From Octopus vulgaris (lineage: Eukaryota), in contig OX597814.1 in assembly GCA_951406725.2 (NCBI GenBank), forward strand, positions 49,414,001 to 49,478,000: DNA of 64,000 nucleotides, given 5' to 3'. Position 1 is the first letter of the stretch; each line of letters begins with the position of its first letter. The notes below the pieces were generated by a model. It saw only the letters and a list, made by a program, of their open reading frames with translations. It was not told the DNA's origin and ran no database searches. Of the stretch, positions 26,313-39,202 are shown piece by piece. Both the position numbers and the translations under genes were made by a program.

Positions 26313-26707
26313 TGCAGGTGTGGCTCTGTGGTAAGAAGCTTGATTCCCAAACACATGCTTCCGGGTTCAGTCCCACTGCGTGGCACCTTGGGCAGGTGTC
26401 TTCTACTATATCCTTGCGCTGACCAAAGCCTTGTGAGTGGATTTGGTAGACGGAAACTGAAAGAAGCTCATGTATATGTATATATCTATGCGTGTGTGTG
26501 TGTCTTTGTTTGTCCCCACCCCATCACAGTTTGACAACCAGTGTTGGTTTGTTTACATCCCCATAACTTAGCAGTTCAGCAAAAGAGACTGGTAGAATAA
26601 ATACTAGGCCTAAGAAATAAGTCCTGGGGTTGATTTGTTCAGCTTAAAATTCTTCAAGGCGGCGCTTAAGCATGGCCACAGTCAAATGACTGAAGCAAGT
26701 AAAAGAA
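26313..26707 (+). mobile_element. tRNA-derived SINE family 3, near full length
   Basis: GTGGCTCTGTGGTAAG (A box), GGGTTCAGTCCC (B box), GGCACCTTGGGCAGGTGTCTTCT, internal TA/TG microsatellite; 3' half shared with 60420-60687. Confidence 0.85.
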
Positions 26708-27171
26708 TGTTGTTCTTAATTTTTCGTTGCAACTTTTTATTTTAATAACCTCTTTATTAAGCTGAATAGATGAGCTAATAGTTAGTTCAATAATTTGATG
26801 CAAGGGAGAAATTTCTGAGTACTAAAACTATATTTATTTATCAGAGATAGTTGGTGCTGTCATTATTGAAAAATAGTACGTGCTGTCTCCTGGATGAGAT
26901 ATTTCAAATACATTTTATTTACCAGGATAGCTATATTTTTCTTTGAAAACTTTGTGTTATTTCATGGTTTAGTTGGTTGCCAAGATGGTCCAACAATTCA
27001 TGAAGCAGTATGATAAATTAAAAACAAAACTACATGAATGTGTATACAATTAAGCATAATAGTACTCAACATAATGTAGAGGTGATTAAGAAATCTTTCA
27101 AGTTGTCAATTATGGTCTCCTGATGAAAGCATCAACAAAGTTGTTTTAGATTGACTATTCCTACCCTATTA

Positions 27172-27560
27172 CCATCATTGTTCTTTCAATATTCATTTTC
27201 TTCTATGCTTGTATGGGTAAGACAGAATTTGTTGAGGTAGATTTCCTATAAGATGCTCTTCCTGTCACTGACTCTTACCTGTTTCCAGGTAAGGTAATGT
27301 TTTCCCATGGCCAGGCATGCTTTCAAAGAATATTGAAAATGAACAACACTCATTTACAATTGTCATGCAATGTCAAGACAAGGGACACATACATGATTAT
27401 ACATATGATGGGCTTCTTTCAGTTTCCATCAGCCAAAACCCTTTATGACGAGCCAGCTAGGGGCCATTGTAGAAGACACTTGCCCAAAATGCTGCAAAGA
27501 TGGACTGAACCTGAAACCACATGATTGGGAAGCAAACTTTTTAATCATACAGCCATGCTT
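27172..27560 (-). mobile_element. SINE family 3 with RTE-type tail
   Basis: Reverse-complement homology to 21630-22020. Confidence 0.7.
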
Positions 27561-27787
27561 ACCACAAAAATTAAAACCAAATCATAAAAGAATAAAATTT
27601 AAAAAAAAACATACACCATTATTTATTTTTATGTTCTATGATTTTTTTTGTTCATGTCAAATCATAAATATAACACTACTGGCATTTTCATCAGGTCATC
27701 TGATGGCAGAAATGGTAAAACAGAGCAACAACTCAAGAGATTTCAGCTTTAAATAAATTTTATCCCAATCTGCATAACCTTACCATC

Positions 27788-28715
27788 TCATCATCATTTA
27801 ACATCTGTTGTTCATGCTGGTATGGGTTGCATGGTTTGACCAGGGATGGTAAGCTGGAAGGTTGTACTAGACTCGTCTGATTTGGCATGGTTTCGACAGC
27901 TGGATGCCCTTCATAATGTCAACCACTCTGCGAGTGTAATGGGTACTTTTACAATGCCACTGGCACAAGTGCTAGTTGTGTGACACCAGTATCTGCCACG
28001 TTTATGTTTTCACTTATCTTGATGAGTTTTCTCAAACATGGCATAATGTCAAAGGTCATGGTCATTAGCGCCGCAAGGCCCAACACTTGAAAGGTGCTTT
28101 TCACGTGCCACCAGCATCGGCTACAATGCCTCCATGGGGCCCAATGCTTGAAAGGTGCTTGTTAAATGAAACCAGAATTGGCTGTGACTATGATTTCATA
28201 TGGCTTCTCAAGGATGGTATATTGCCAGAGGTCTCCCTCATCCTATGTCTTCCTGGGTCTACATCTAGCACAGGTTCCCTCCAAAGGCACTTCTTGTCCA
28301 TTTGCATCACATGACCATACCGGTACAGTCGTCTCCCTTGCACTCCACATTTGATGCCCCTTATGCCCAGCTTTTCTCTCAAGACATACTGTCATATGCA
28401 CACTGAAATTGCACATCCAGCAAAGCATACTAGCTTCATTTCTTTCAAGCCTATGCATATCCTTGGCTGTTACAGCCTATGTTTCACTGCTGTTTGTGCA
28501 AAGGCATCATACAGTCTGCCTTTCTCTCTGAGGTAGAGGCTCTTTGTTGCCAACAGAGGCAGGATCTCTCTGAACTTTGCCCAGCCTATTCTTATTCTCA
28601 CAGCATTCATCCCTGCAAATGACTTGGTCACCTAGATAATTGAAGCTATCTACTACCACTAGCTTACCCCGCTGGCAGTTGATGGAGTCTATTATAAGAT
28701 ATTTTTCATGTTTTA
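27788..28715 (-). mobile_element. RTE LINE 3' fragment downstream of gene C
   Basis: DSFNYLGDQV, RLERNEASMLCWMCN, REKLGIRGIKCGVQ; 3' UTR repeats and (GAT)n tail. Confidence 0.9.
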
Positions 28716-28808
28716 GGTGAAGACTGGTGGCAGGCAAAGCATTTACCTCAGGTGTCATCTGACCTATGCAAACATGGAAAAGTGGATGTAATGACAATGA
28801 CTACATAG

Positions 28809-29720
<912 letters not shown>

Positions 29721-30120
29721 AACTTTATTAATCTATATTTTCCATGTCTGACAGTCTTTGTTAAAGTCTAATTATGTTTCAGCTCTTAAGAAGGAATTGC
29801 CACATGGATTTATTTGAATAGAATTTTGCAATTATAATGAGCATCTAAAAAACAAACTTGGATTAACAGGGTGTGAAAGGTCTTACTCATAGGTCATTTG
29901 AAATGTCATTTTAATCTTCCAGTAACTGTACAAATTTTTGCAAATAATCTCAACCCCAAGGAAATATTTCACATTATTTCAACCAAAAATTGCAAGAACA
30001 GGCTGACATTAGTTATTTTTAGTCTTTAAAAGTGGATAAAAATGTTGATAATTTGCAGTAAAATACTTTAATCTGAGTGTCATCTGATAACCTGTAATGA
30101 AAGATAACATAAGACAAATG
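29721..30120 (-). other. 5' UTR and acceptor (exon starts at 30091) of gene C
   Basis: tacag|GTTATCAGATG on the minus strand, homologous to the paralogs. Confidence 0.7.
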
Positions 30121-30434
30121 GTACAATAAAAGCAAAAACATGAAAATTATAAGAATAAAGATATTTGATTACAGGTATAGAAATTGAGAATACTCATATA
30201 GACTAAGAACATATTTATACTGAAAAGACACTGATGAGAAAGTAATGAGAATGGATAAAAGGGATTTGATGCAGGTTTTGGAATTTAGACCATCCAAAAT
30301 CTGCTGGTGCTACATCAAGTTTTGTAGAACATTATGAGAACATTCTAAAATTATATTTTCCCCATGATTCCAGTAAACAAGAATACATAACTATGCCTTA
30401 ATGAATGAAAAGTAAGAGGAGAGTAAATACGGAC

Positions 30435-30845
30435 AGTGTTTTCTATGGCCAGATGCCCTTTCTGTTCTGGTTTCTAAGCAAGGTAAAAACATCCCAGTTT
30501 TTTTAACAACAAACAGCCCAGACAGGTGGAAACAAACAACACCATAAGAATAATTCTTTTATATAAAGACTGTGCAACACAAGCTGCCTGAACATGCTTT
30601 CATAATGTATCTTCAAGCAAATGACACTATCAGCAAAGCCATTGTTCACACATGTGAAGGTGAGCAAAATATAAACTACTCTTTCTCTCATACATGAGAA
30701 ACTTCTTTCACTTTCCATCAACCAAATCCATTCATAAAGCTTTAGGCATCCTGAGACCATAGAAGACACTTGCCCAAGATGCCATGCAATGAACCCAGAA
30801 CCCCATGGTTGTTGAAAAGCAAACTTCTTAACCACACAGCCTTGT
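30435..30845 (-). mobile_element. SINE family 3 (decayed)
   Basis: Reverse-complement homology to the family 3 head and the RTE-like tail. Confidence 0.65.
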
Positions 30846-31149
30846 ATCTGTAATATACATACACATATATAGATACACATGCACATGCACACACACATGA
30901 ACACACACAGACAGTGCAATTTAAACTTGCATAACAAATAACTAGTATCTAGAGGTTCATATATTTTCCTGTGTTTGGAGGGAAGTCACAAGGAGAATTC
31001 TTATTAAAATTCATGAATTATTTGGTGGGAATCTGCTGCTGGGTATGGAACAGTGCTATAAAACACAAAAGTTTCTACATTTTAGTCAAATTGTCAATAC
31101 AATAAACCCCTGGAGAGAAATATACTGATCAACAATCTTTACACCTAAC

Positions 31150-31183
<34 letters not shown>

Positions 31184-31184
<1 letters not shown>

Positions 31185-31424
31185 TGGAGTAAACACATAA
31201 ATGTGAAACAAGGTGGAAAAAAGAGTACTCAAATACAAGTGGTAGAGTAATTTGGTTTATTTAAAGCAGCAGAAAATTCAACAAAACCTGTTACTCTGAG
31301 TTTCCCGTTGCCGTTCATCGGACAGTTTTTGCTACGGTTCCATTCTAGCAAAAACTGTCCAATGAACGGCAACGGGAAACTCAGAGTAACAGGTTTTGTT
31401 GAATTTTCTGCTGCTTTAAATAAA
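31184..31424. mobile_element. Palindromic Penelope-like element in (TA)n with hammerhead-like motif in both arms
   Basis: 79-bp inverted arms 31256-31334 and 31346-31424 (1 mismatch), 11-nt loop, (TA)n on both sides. Confidence 0.7.
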
Positions 31425-32279
31425 GTATATATATATATATACTAACAACACATTTACATGCTTCATTAATAACCTCCACCATTCGAATACAAACAAGAAA
31501 TACCCTAAATAACACTAACAAGTAAAGAAACTGACTGACCAGTTAAAACATATCACCTACTTACACTATTTTGTGAACCCTTACAAATTTCATTACAAAA
31601 AAGCTGGCACATACAATTGCTAAGTTTTTAAATGCTGGACTAAACTTTAAACTCTGACTTATACATTGCCATAGCAAAAGATTAAATTCGATATAACTAA
31701 GACTGATGACCAAAAAAGTTTCCTCTATCTACCCACTCCCTTTCTGTGAACCACTAAAAAACAATTCCATAACCTGAAGCTGACACACCTAAATATACAC
31801 ACCTGTTTACAAAGTTCTATATGCACAAATAAATTCTGAACAATAATATAACCACAAATTTAATCAATAAAGAATTTCTCTATAACACCTCTTCATCACA
31901 GCCTACCCTACAAACTTACTGCCATTCAACTGAACCCCACAAACACCAGTAAAATTTTATCTTAACAGAGTCAATATAAAACCAAAATTATCTTAATGCA
32001 TCACAATTTGATGATGGCTTTGAAATCATTGTCAATACTTTTCTTGTTAAAAATAATTTGTACTCTACAAAATTGTGGACTAACCCTTCAGGTTAATATA
32101 AAACTGATTTTATTAAAACTGAACTCAAAAACAAACATTAACTTTTAACAAAAAAACAAACATATAACTTAACAAAATAATCCAATAAGCAGTTACTATT
32201 ATCATGTTGACTGACCACTGTATTTTTCAAAACTGACTTCAGCTTCCTCCTTTTTTTGCATTAAGTTAAAAAAAAAAAA

Positions 32280-32985
32280 TAATAATGAAATTATTGTATA
32301 CAGTGCTCAGGTGCACCACAACTTGTCAGAAAGTGCATATAAAGTACATGCAGTAATGTCAAAATGTCTGGAAAGCGAACAATGTATGAGTCAGATACAT
32401 GCTTGTGTGTGTATGGAGGGGAGAAAATCAAGTGTAGTGTTGGCGAATCTCAGAAAGCATGGAACTTTTGAAGGATGCAGTGCTCCGACAACTAACAACT
32501 GATGCCGGTAGTTTGTTCCATGCTTCAGCAACTCTCAGCGTGAAAAAATGTTTCCTGAAGTCATGGGAGCTGTGCTGTTTTCTTACTTTGTAAATATGTC
32601 CACGGGTGTTAGATGGGTGGAGTTTGAAAAGGTGCTCAGAGTTATTGTTTGTACGATGGTTGATAATTTTAAGGCGGCGAGCTAGCAGAATCGTTAGCAT
32701 GTCGGGCGAAATGCTTAGCGGTATTTCGGCTGCCGTTACGTTCTGAGTTCAAATTCCGCCGAGATCGACTTTGCCTTTCATCCTTTCGGGGTCGATAAAT
32801 TAAGTACCAGTTAAGCACTGGGGTCGATATAATCGACTTAATACCTATGTCTGTCCATGTTTGTCTCCTCTATGTTTAGCCCCTTGTGGGTAATAAAGAA
32901 ATAGGTTGATAATTTTATGGGAGTCTGCCAAGTCAGCTGCCAGACATTGGAGTTTCAATGTGTCCATGCCCAGGGAAGTAAGTTC
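32280..32985 (-). mobile_element. CR1-group LINE 3' end, interrupted by a SINE
   Basis: LTSLGMDTLKL...DLADSHKIIN|...NTRGHIYKVRKQH...FFTLRVAEAWNKLPASVV; related to 12200-13150. Confidence 0.85.
32672..32903 (+). mobile_element. Young full-length tRNA-derived SINE family 2 with 14-bp TSD
   Basis: TSD GGTTGATAATTTTA at 32658-32671 and 32904-32917; B box GAGTTCAAATTCC; core GCCTTTCATCCTTTCGGGGTCGATAAATTAAGTACCAG resembling the Deu/Nin domain. Confidence 0.9.
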
Positions 32986-33819
32986 TGAACATATAAAAAG
33001 AAACAATACTTTACAACGATTGTACTCGTGTTATTACTAGTTTTCCCTTTAAAAAAAGTAATTCCTTCACACTGTTGATGACCAACAAAAATGATCAGAA
33101 ATTTCAAATATGTTTTCATCAACAAAAATATCACTTCAAGGCTTTCTAACTGGCTTCTGTTTATTACCGTAATAGCACGGGCGTTTTGATGGGGCTGCTT
33201 TGGTGATGGACGATTTGATACAGAAGGTAGACACACGTACACACAGAAGTAAATACATGCACAAACATATACACAGAGAAGCAAACACGCATCCACACAC
33301 TAAATGTAGTGAAATTGAAATGTAATGGTTTCGACAGAGAGTTACTTCCCTTCTACATGCCGCGGAAAGTAAACAAAATTTATTAAAAAGAAAAAAATGA
33401 TTATATTAATATATTAAGAAATATAGCTTTATTTAGTTTTCCCGTAATTGTGATCATTTATATATGTTTTTAGTTTCTGCAGTGGTTCAAGCTCTAGAAA
33501 AATACTCTCAGAGTCAAAAGGGGCCTTGTGTAGACTCAACAATGGCAAAACGCCCCTTAACCTTCTTATTGTCTTCTAGGATTTATTTGAATCTATAGCC
33601 ACCACCAGCTATCCAAAGTCAAAAGAAAACTTAACAAATCTTACCCCCCCCCCATATATAAAAAAAAAACCCTTTTTTAAAAATGTACCCGGTACATATA
33701 CCGAAGGTTCGCCGGAATATGCTAGAGAGAGACAGAGTCTATCTGGAGTCGCCGGTCGTTATCTGAATACTGTGACCGTTAGGGTTTATATTCTTATTCG
33801 CAAGAAGCACTAAGAAGAA

Positions 33820-33915
33820 TTAATCGGTAAGGCAAGGTCGATGTCAGCAGAATTCGAACTCGGACATAACGGACTGGAACAAATATTGCAAAGTATTTTT
33901 CCGACACTAACCTTT
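33820..33915 (-). mobile_element. SINE family 2 5' fragment
   Basis: Reverse-complement similarity to 32690-32775. Confidence 0.5.
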
Positions 33916-36479
33916 CTGTCGATGCACATAGCCTTCTGCTTTATTTTCAAATAGTGAATCTTGAATTAAATAATTTGATGTACCTCTCTTTGTTGTTTAT
34001 TCATCAACTATACAGTCTTTTTATTCAACAGTGCATTTGATATTAACCAATGTTTGCTTAATTTTCTTGGCAAGCGGGGTGTAATTTGAGGAAGATTTGT
34101 TGTAATTTCAATGATCACGTACAGGCTCCTTTTTATTCTAAACATATAAACCCACGTGGGTTTGTTTACATTTCTGAAGAAAAAAAAAAGAAACCATTTT
34201 CTCCCCCCCCCCCCATATATAAAAAAACTTTACGGAGAGTGACGATCTTCTTCTAATGTAAACAAACACACGTGGCAATTATGGTACTTGTACCGAAAGA
34301 TGACCATAGTTTCATATTTTGGATTTTCTCAAGTTATTTTTCGAAATCTTAACAAAAATATCCATAGGAAATGATCATCAAAGTGGCAACTCATTTCGCG
34401 CATGTATAGTGTGTTGCAGCGTTTGCATGCCTATCACTCTATCCCACATCTACAGATTTCATTTCCTCAATTACTTTAAAATTTTTACTCTCTCTCTCGA
34501 GTTACGTTTTCATCATTTACAATTTCTATCGGAAATCAATAAAGTAGAAAGTATGAGGTGACTTGCCTGCTATAGATAACAGCCAAACCTTCAAAAGCTG
34601 TCCTGTCTTCAAGAATTATAGAGGTGTTCAGTTTGCAAAGCTCTGGCTGAGCTTGGTGTTACTGGCGCATAAACACTATTACTGAATTTTCAGAGAAGAC
34701 CATTGAGTGGTTTTGGATAAAGTAAACCGCTGGTTTACTGCTGTTGGGATATAAGCTAAGACTTGATCTAATGGAGTCAACTGGGTGAGAGGGTCTGATG
34801 TTGAAAGACATGAGGCCCCCAAAAAGTCACAAACGATTCATCCCAGAGCATTAATAAGATGTATCTTGGAGCTATTGCCCCAATGTTAGCCCTGATTGAG
34901 CAGTCCTATAACTTGCAAGTAGTTAGCTGAATGACACAACCCAAAGGCCCTTTACCCTTTACTATGCTGTGGTGAATCATGGGATGAACCATGTCAATCT
35001 GGACATATCACATTTCCTTTACTGTCCTGTACAACCAAACATTCTGGTGTGACCACAGTGGAGGCAGGAAAATTTGACTTGATCACAGCATATCTGTCCC
35101 TGTTTTGTATATATTGTTAGCAGTATGCATCCTAATGTTTAAATCAGTTAAGACAGTCATGTTGCTACTATTTGTGTGTTTCATATACTTTAGTGAGGTG
35201 AGAGAGATAGTGTTATGATGTTTTACTAGTGCTCTTTGTTAAAATATAAATTGTTGGAGTAACAGTAAAAAGAGTATTTAATATCTAATTATTCCAAAGA
35301 TGATGGTTGACAGAATCAGAACTCTTGACAAAATACTTTCCTGTAGTTAGCTGTCTTATTTATTTACATCAAGATGACTGACTGCTATTCATTCTTCAGT
35401 CATAAAAAATAGGTATTAAGCAAGTACTGGCATTAATTTAATTAACTATATTCTGTCCCCTTCCATTAAACCTGTAGATATACACCAATATTAGGAATCA
35501 ATGTATAATTATATTTAATTTAATAATAATAATTAGGATCTGACAAATTAACACTTTCTTATGTAATAACGGTATTGGAAAAGATTTATATAAATTTTTA
35601 AAATCAACTACCTGTTTCTGTAGCAATTTAAACTGTGAAGATATAGAAAAACATATCTTACATGTGTATACAGTTATGCATAAACTAAAGTGTCGGTGTT
35701 GTTTTGCACTTCCATATTCCTTTTGCTTTTAACTTTTCTCTGCTTTAATTTGAAATGGAAAGAGAGGGAAGAGCTCATAATCTTTGCTGGCCTGGGTGAC
35801 ATTGTGCAGTTGATGTCTAACTGAACATTGCAGAAACAGCATACTTGAGGTGGGGAAAGTCAGAAGATTGTAGTTCTATGAAGGAGAGACTAAGCAATTT
35901 GTAATTTACTCTGAAGACAAAAAAAAAAAAAAAAAAAGAGTTTGTGTGTGTGCTGTGCCTAAATTTTCCTGGTATATTCCATAGCATGCAAACTCTGCAA
36001 CATACTATACATAAGTGAGGTGGGTTACCATTGTGGTTGTTTTGCTAGTTATGTTTCCTAGAAGCTTGTTAGTAGCCAGACATTTATCATGGCTAAAGTA
36101 GTGTGGTTAGTGTTGTGGTCTCCAGTCACAACCAAATTAAACTAAAACCTAATTTCATGAAATTATCCCACCATTTCTTTATTTGCAAATTCCATTCCAA
36201 CCTGGACCACATCCACTAGCACTAAAACTACATGTGCTGTTCCTCTCCATGCTAACCTCTTACACTTTATTTACAGCCCATCTCTGCTACCTAGGATATA
36301 CTTAGTATTCAAACTTTGACTCTGAAAGGTGATCTTTGCATATATGTAAAATTCATCAATAAGGATTTTCAATTACTCTGGCTCAAATCTTTCCACATTC
36401 CTCTCTGTCAATATTTAATTCAGTTGCAATTCTTTTTGTTTTGATATTTTGTTTAGAATGTTATAGATTTTTTTTTTAT

Positions 36480-37355
36480 ATTTTCATAATAGTGTTAAAA
36501 AGTAAACTGGTAAGATACATAGCAAAATCCATATAAACAAATTCATTTATTTTAAAATATATTATTTGTAAAAATACTTTATAACAAATTTTACAACACT
36601 ACAGTAAAATAGCTTTGTATTTTATTATAGTAATAAAATACAAAGTTTCTATCCTGTGTGGATATGTACATGTCGAGTTAGTGCATCATTTCTAGAAAAT
36701 GTTTTACCACAGAAAACACAGGTATGGTCTTTCACCTGTATGGATATGTTTATGTTGAGAGAAATGTCCTCTTTGAGAGAATGCTTTATCACAAATATCA
36801 CAGTAGTATGGCTTTTCTCCTGTGTGAATATGTATGTGGTAAGACAAATGATTCATTGTAAAAAATGCTTCATCAGAAATAACACATTGGTATGGTTTTT
36901 CTCCTGTGTGAATATGTTCGTGAGTGGTATTTGATAGAGAGTAACTTTTCACATAAAGTTGTTTGTGTGTGTGTGTGTGTGCATATAAATGCACACATAT
37001 ACATACATACACACATATATGCATAAGTCAGTATGTCTGATATCTGAGGTACATAACCAATAAAACAGATAAACTGGTGCCATCAAACAAAAATACGTTG
37101 TGGTATTCACTCCAACCGGGTTGCACATAAGCTCCCTAGTTATACTATCATTAATGCAGTAAAATAGTGATTAACCAATTGGAAACCCATTGTAACTAAG
37201 GAAGCTATTCACAAAGGGAGATGTCAAGTAGATGAGTATTCTAAGAAAATGCACCACAACGGATGGAACAGTTTTTCTCATGAATGCATCCATTAATTTC
37301 TAGACAAGTCACTACTCTCAGAGAATATCTCATTACAAATATCACAGTGATATCT
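36480..37355 (-). pseudogene. Decayed C2H2 zinc-finger paralog
   Basis: Fingers with a lost Cys and a frameshift at 36650-36950 ([31 protein letters not shown]), another finger relic at 37300-37352 (YHCDICNEIFSESSDLSR), and paralog-like post-stop sequence at 36480-36640. Confidence 0.8.
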
Positions 37356-39202
37356 AGTGTGGCTATTCACATTTCTTATAAACACTTTTATACAAATAAC
37401 AAAATCTTTTGCTTTCATTTCAGTGAAAGTTTATATTCAATGTGGTAATTTATGCTGAATGAATATTTAACCTCAAATACCACAAGGGTGAGAAAGCATT
37501 GTTGGTGACAGTCACATATATAGATACAGAATGTTTAGAACAAATGATAAAAACATACTTCACAAAAATAAGTAAGCAAATAAAATTATATTTCAAGGTT
37601 TTATTTTAATGAAATTGTGTTTTCTGTTCTTCACTATGTTCTCATTTTCAGTGGTAGTCACAGTAACACTGTGGATTAGCTATTGAAATGTTCTAAAAGG
37701 TTATCCTATGAAGTTGTTATGGTTCACGTAAATATCATTTTGTGGTAAAAGACAAGAACAAATTCTATGAGGTCTTTGTAAGGCTACCTGAAGAACTGAT
37801 GTCATCTTCAATGACAATGTTAAGAAATACTAGGATGGTTTACTAACAAATATGGAAGCTTTGAACATGGAACATGTAAACAAAAATGATTAAAATATCT
37901 GCATTTCTCTGATATACATGATCTTAACATTTGCAACACAATCTTCAGAAAGATAGCCAACCAACTAGTAACATACTTGTCAAGTGGGTATTAGCTACAG
38001 ATTGATTTTGTACTCATCTTAGTAGTGAAGTAACAGCTTCTATGAATAATGATTTTGAGAATATTCTTCAATGGGAGCATAATAACTTAGATTCATCAAC
38101 ACAAAGACAGTTACTATACATAGCAAGAGAACAGTCTTGTACCTTAACCATTCTGTCACGAACAGTAGACACTGAAAAATTTATATTGCTACATATGCTA
38201 GACCTCACAATCTCTGATGATTGCTCATAGCAAACCCACAAATACAATAACAATAAATCCCGTCACAGAGGCTAGGTCTCTTCTTTAGGTTCAGGAAATA
38301 CTTCACCAACTTATAAAAACAGTTTTGTTCATATGAACTAGAATGTCCACAGAAAAATGTGTCAAAAATAATACCAGTGTACTTGCTTTCATTAAGTGAC
38401 AAGAAAGGGGAAGTGCTATTATGTGTGGTTGAGAATGAAAGTATAAATGGGACAATGAAGAACTGTTTCCAGTGGAAAGAAACAAATTGCCTGGCTACCA
38501 GCATGATAAAAATAAGTAAGATGGAAGCAGGTTCATCAGGGAAAGTTAACGTATCAAGATATTTAACTACTCTACAAAATATACTTCGAGTGCAGGAAGA
38601 TAATGGCTGAAGTAGCTCTTTCATGATCAGCTGCAATAAAGAATATGCACTAGAAATGGAAAATTACACAGGTCTCAGTGTGATTGACCAAATATACATT
38701 GTATAGTCAAGTTAGTACAGAAGAGAAGGTAGAGCTTGTGTTTGTTACTAAGAAGTAGAACAAGAAGTTCTATAATTTCAGTGAGACAACAGCAAGAGAT
38801 TCGAGTTAAGAACAGACACCCCGCTTTACATTTATCAATTAGGAGAATACTTCAGATGGCACCACTGCCTGTAGTCTTATGTGTGCAAAGGAAACTATGT
38901 GGAGAAACTATTGCTCAATATATTTGAAGTAAGCAAATATGAGTTCAATAATGTGTACAAACAAAAATAAAGGATATGTTCTTTGGTAATTCCAATGTCC
39001 AAAATGGAGAGGAATAATAAATATTAATGGAGGCATAAACTATCCAGATGATCAAGTGCACACGAAAGTTACAATGGACTATCAGATAGACTACCAGAAT
39101 AGAATGATTGCCATTAAACACTGATGGTGATGAATAAGAATATGATAACAGTGATGTGGTAAAATCAATACACACAAATTCATTATGTTCTATTTGTATT
39201 AC

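Noticed and set aside
32672-32760. tRNA genes suggested by A/B boxes (also near 280-352 and 26313-26380)
   Set aside because: No cloverleaf found; these are SINE heads followed by SINE bodies
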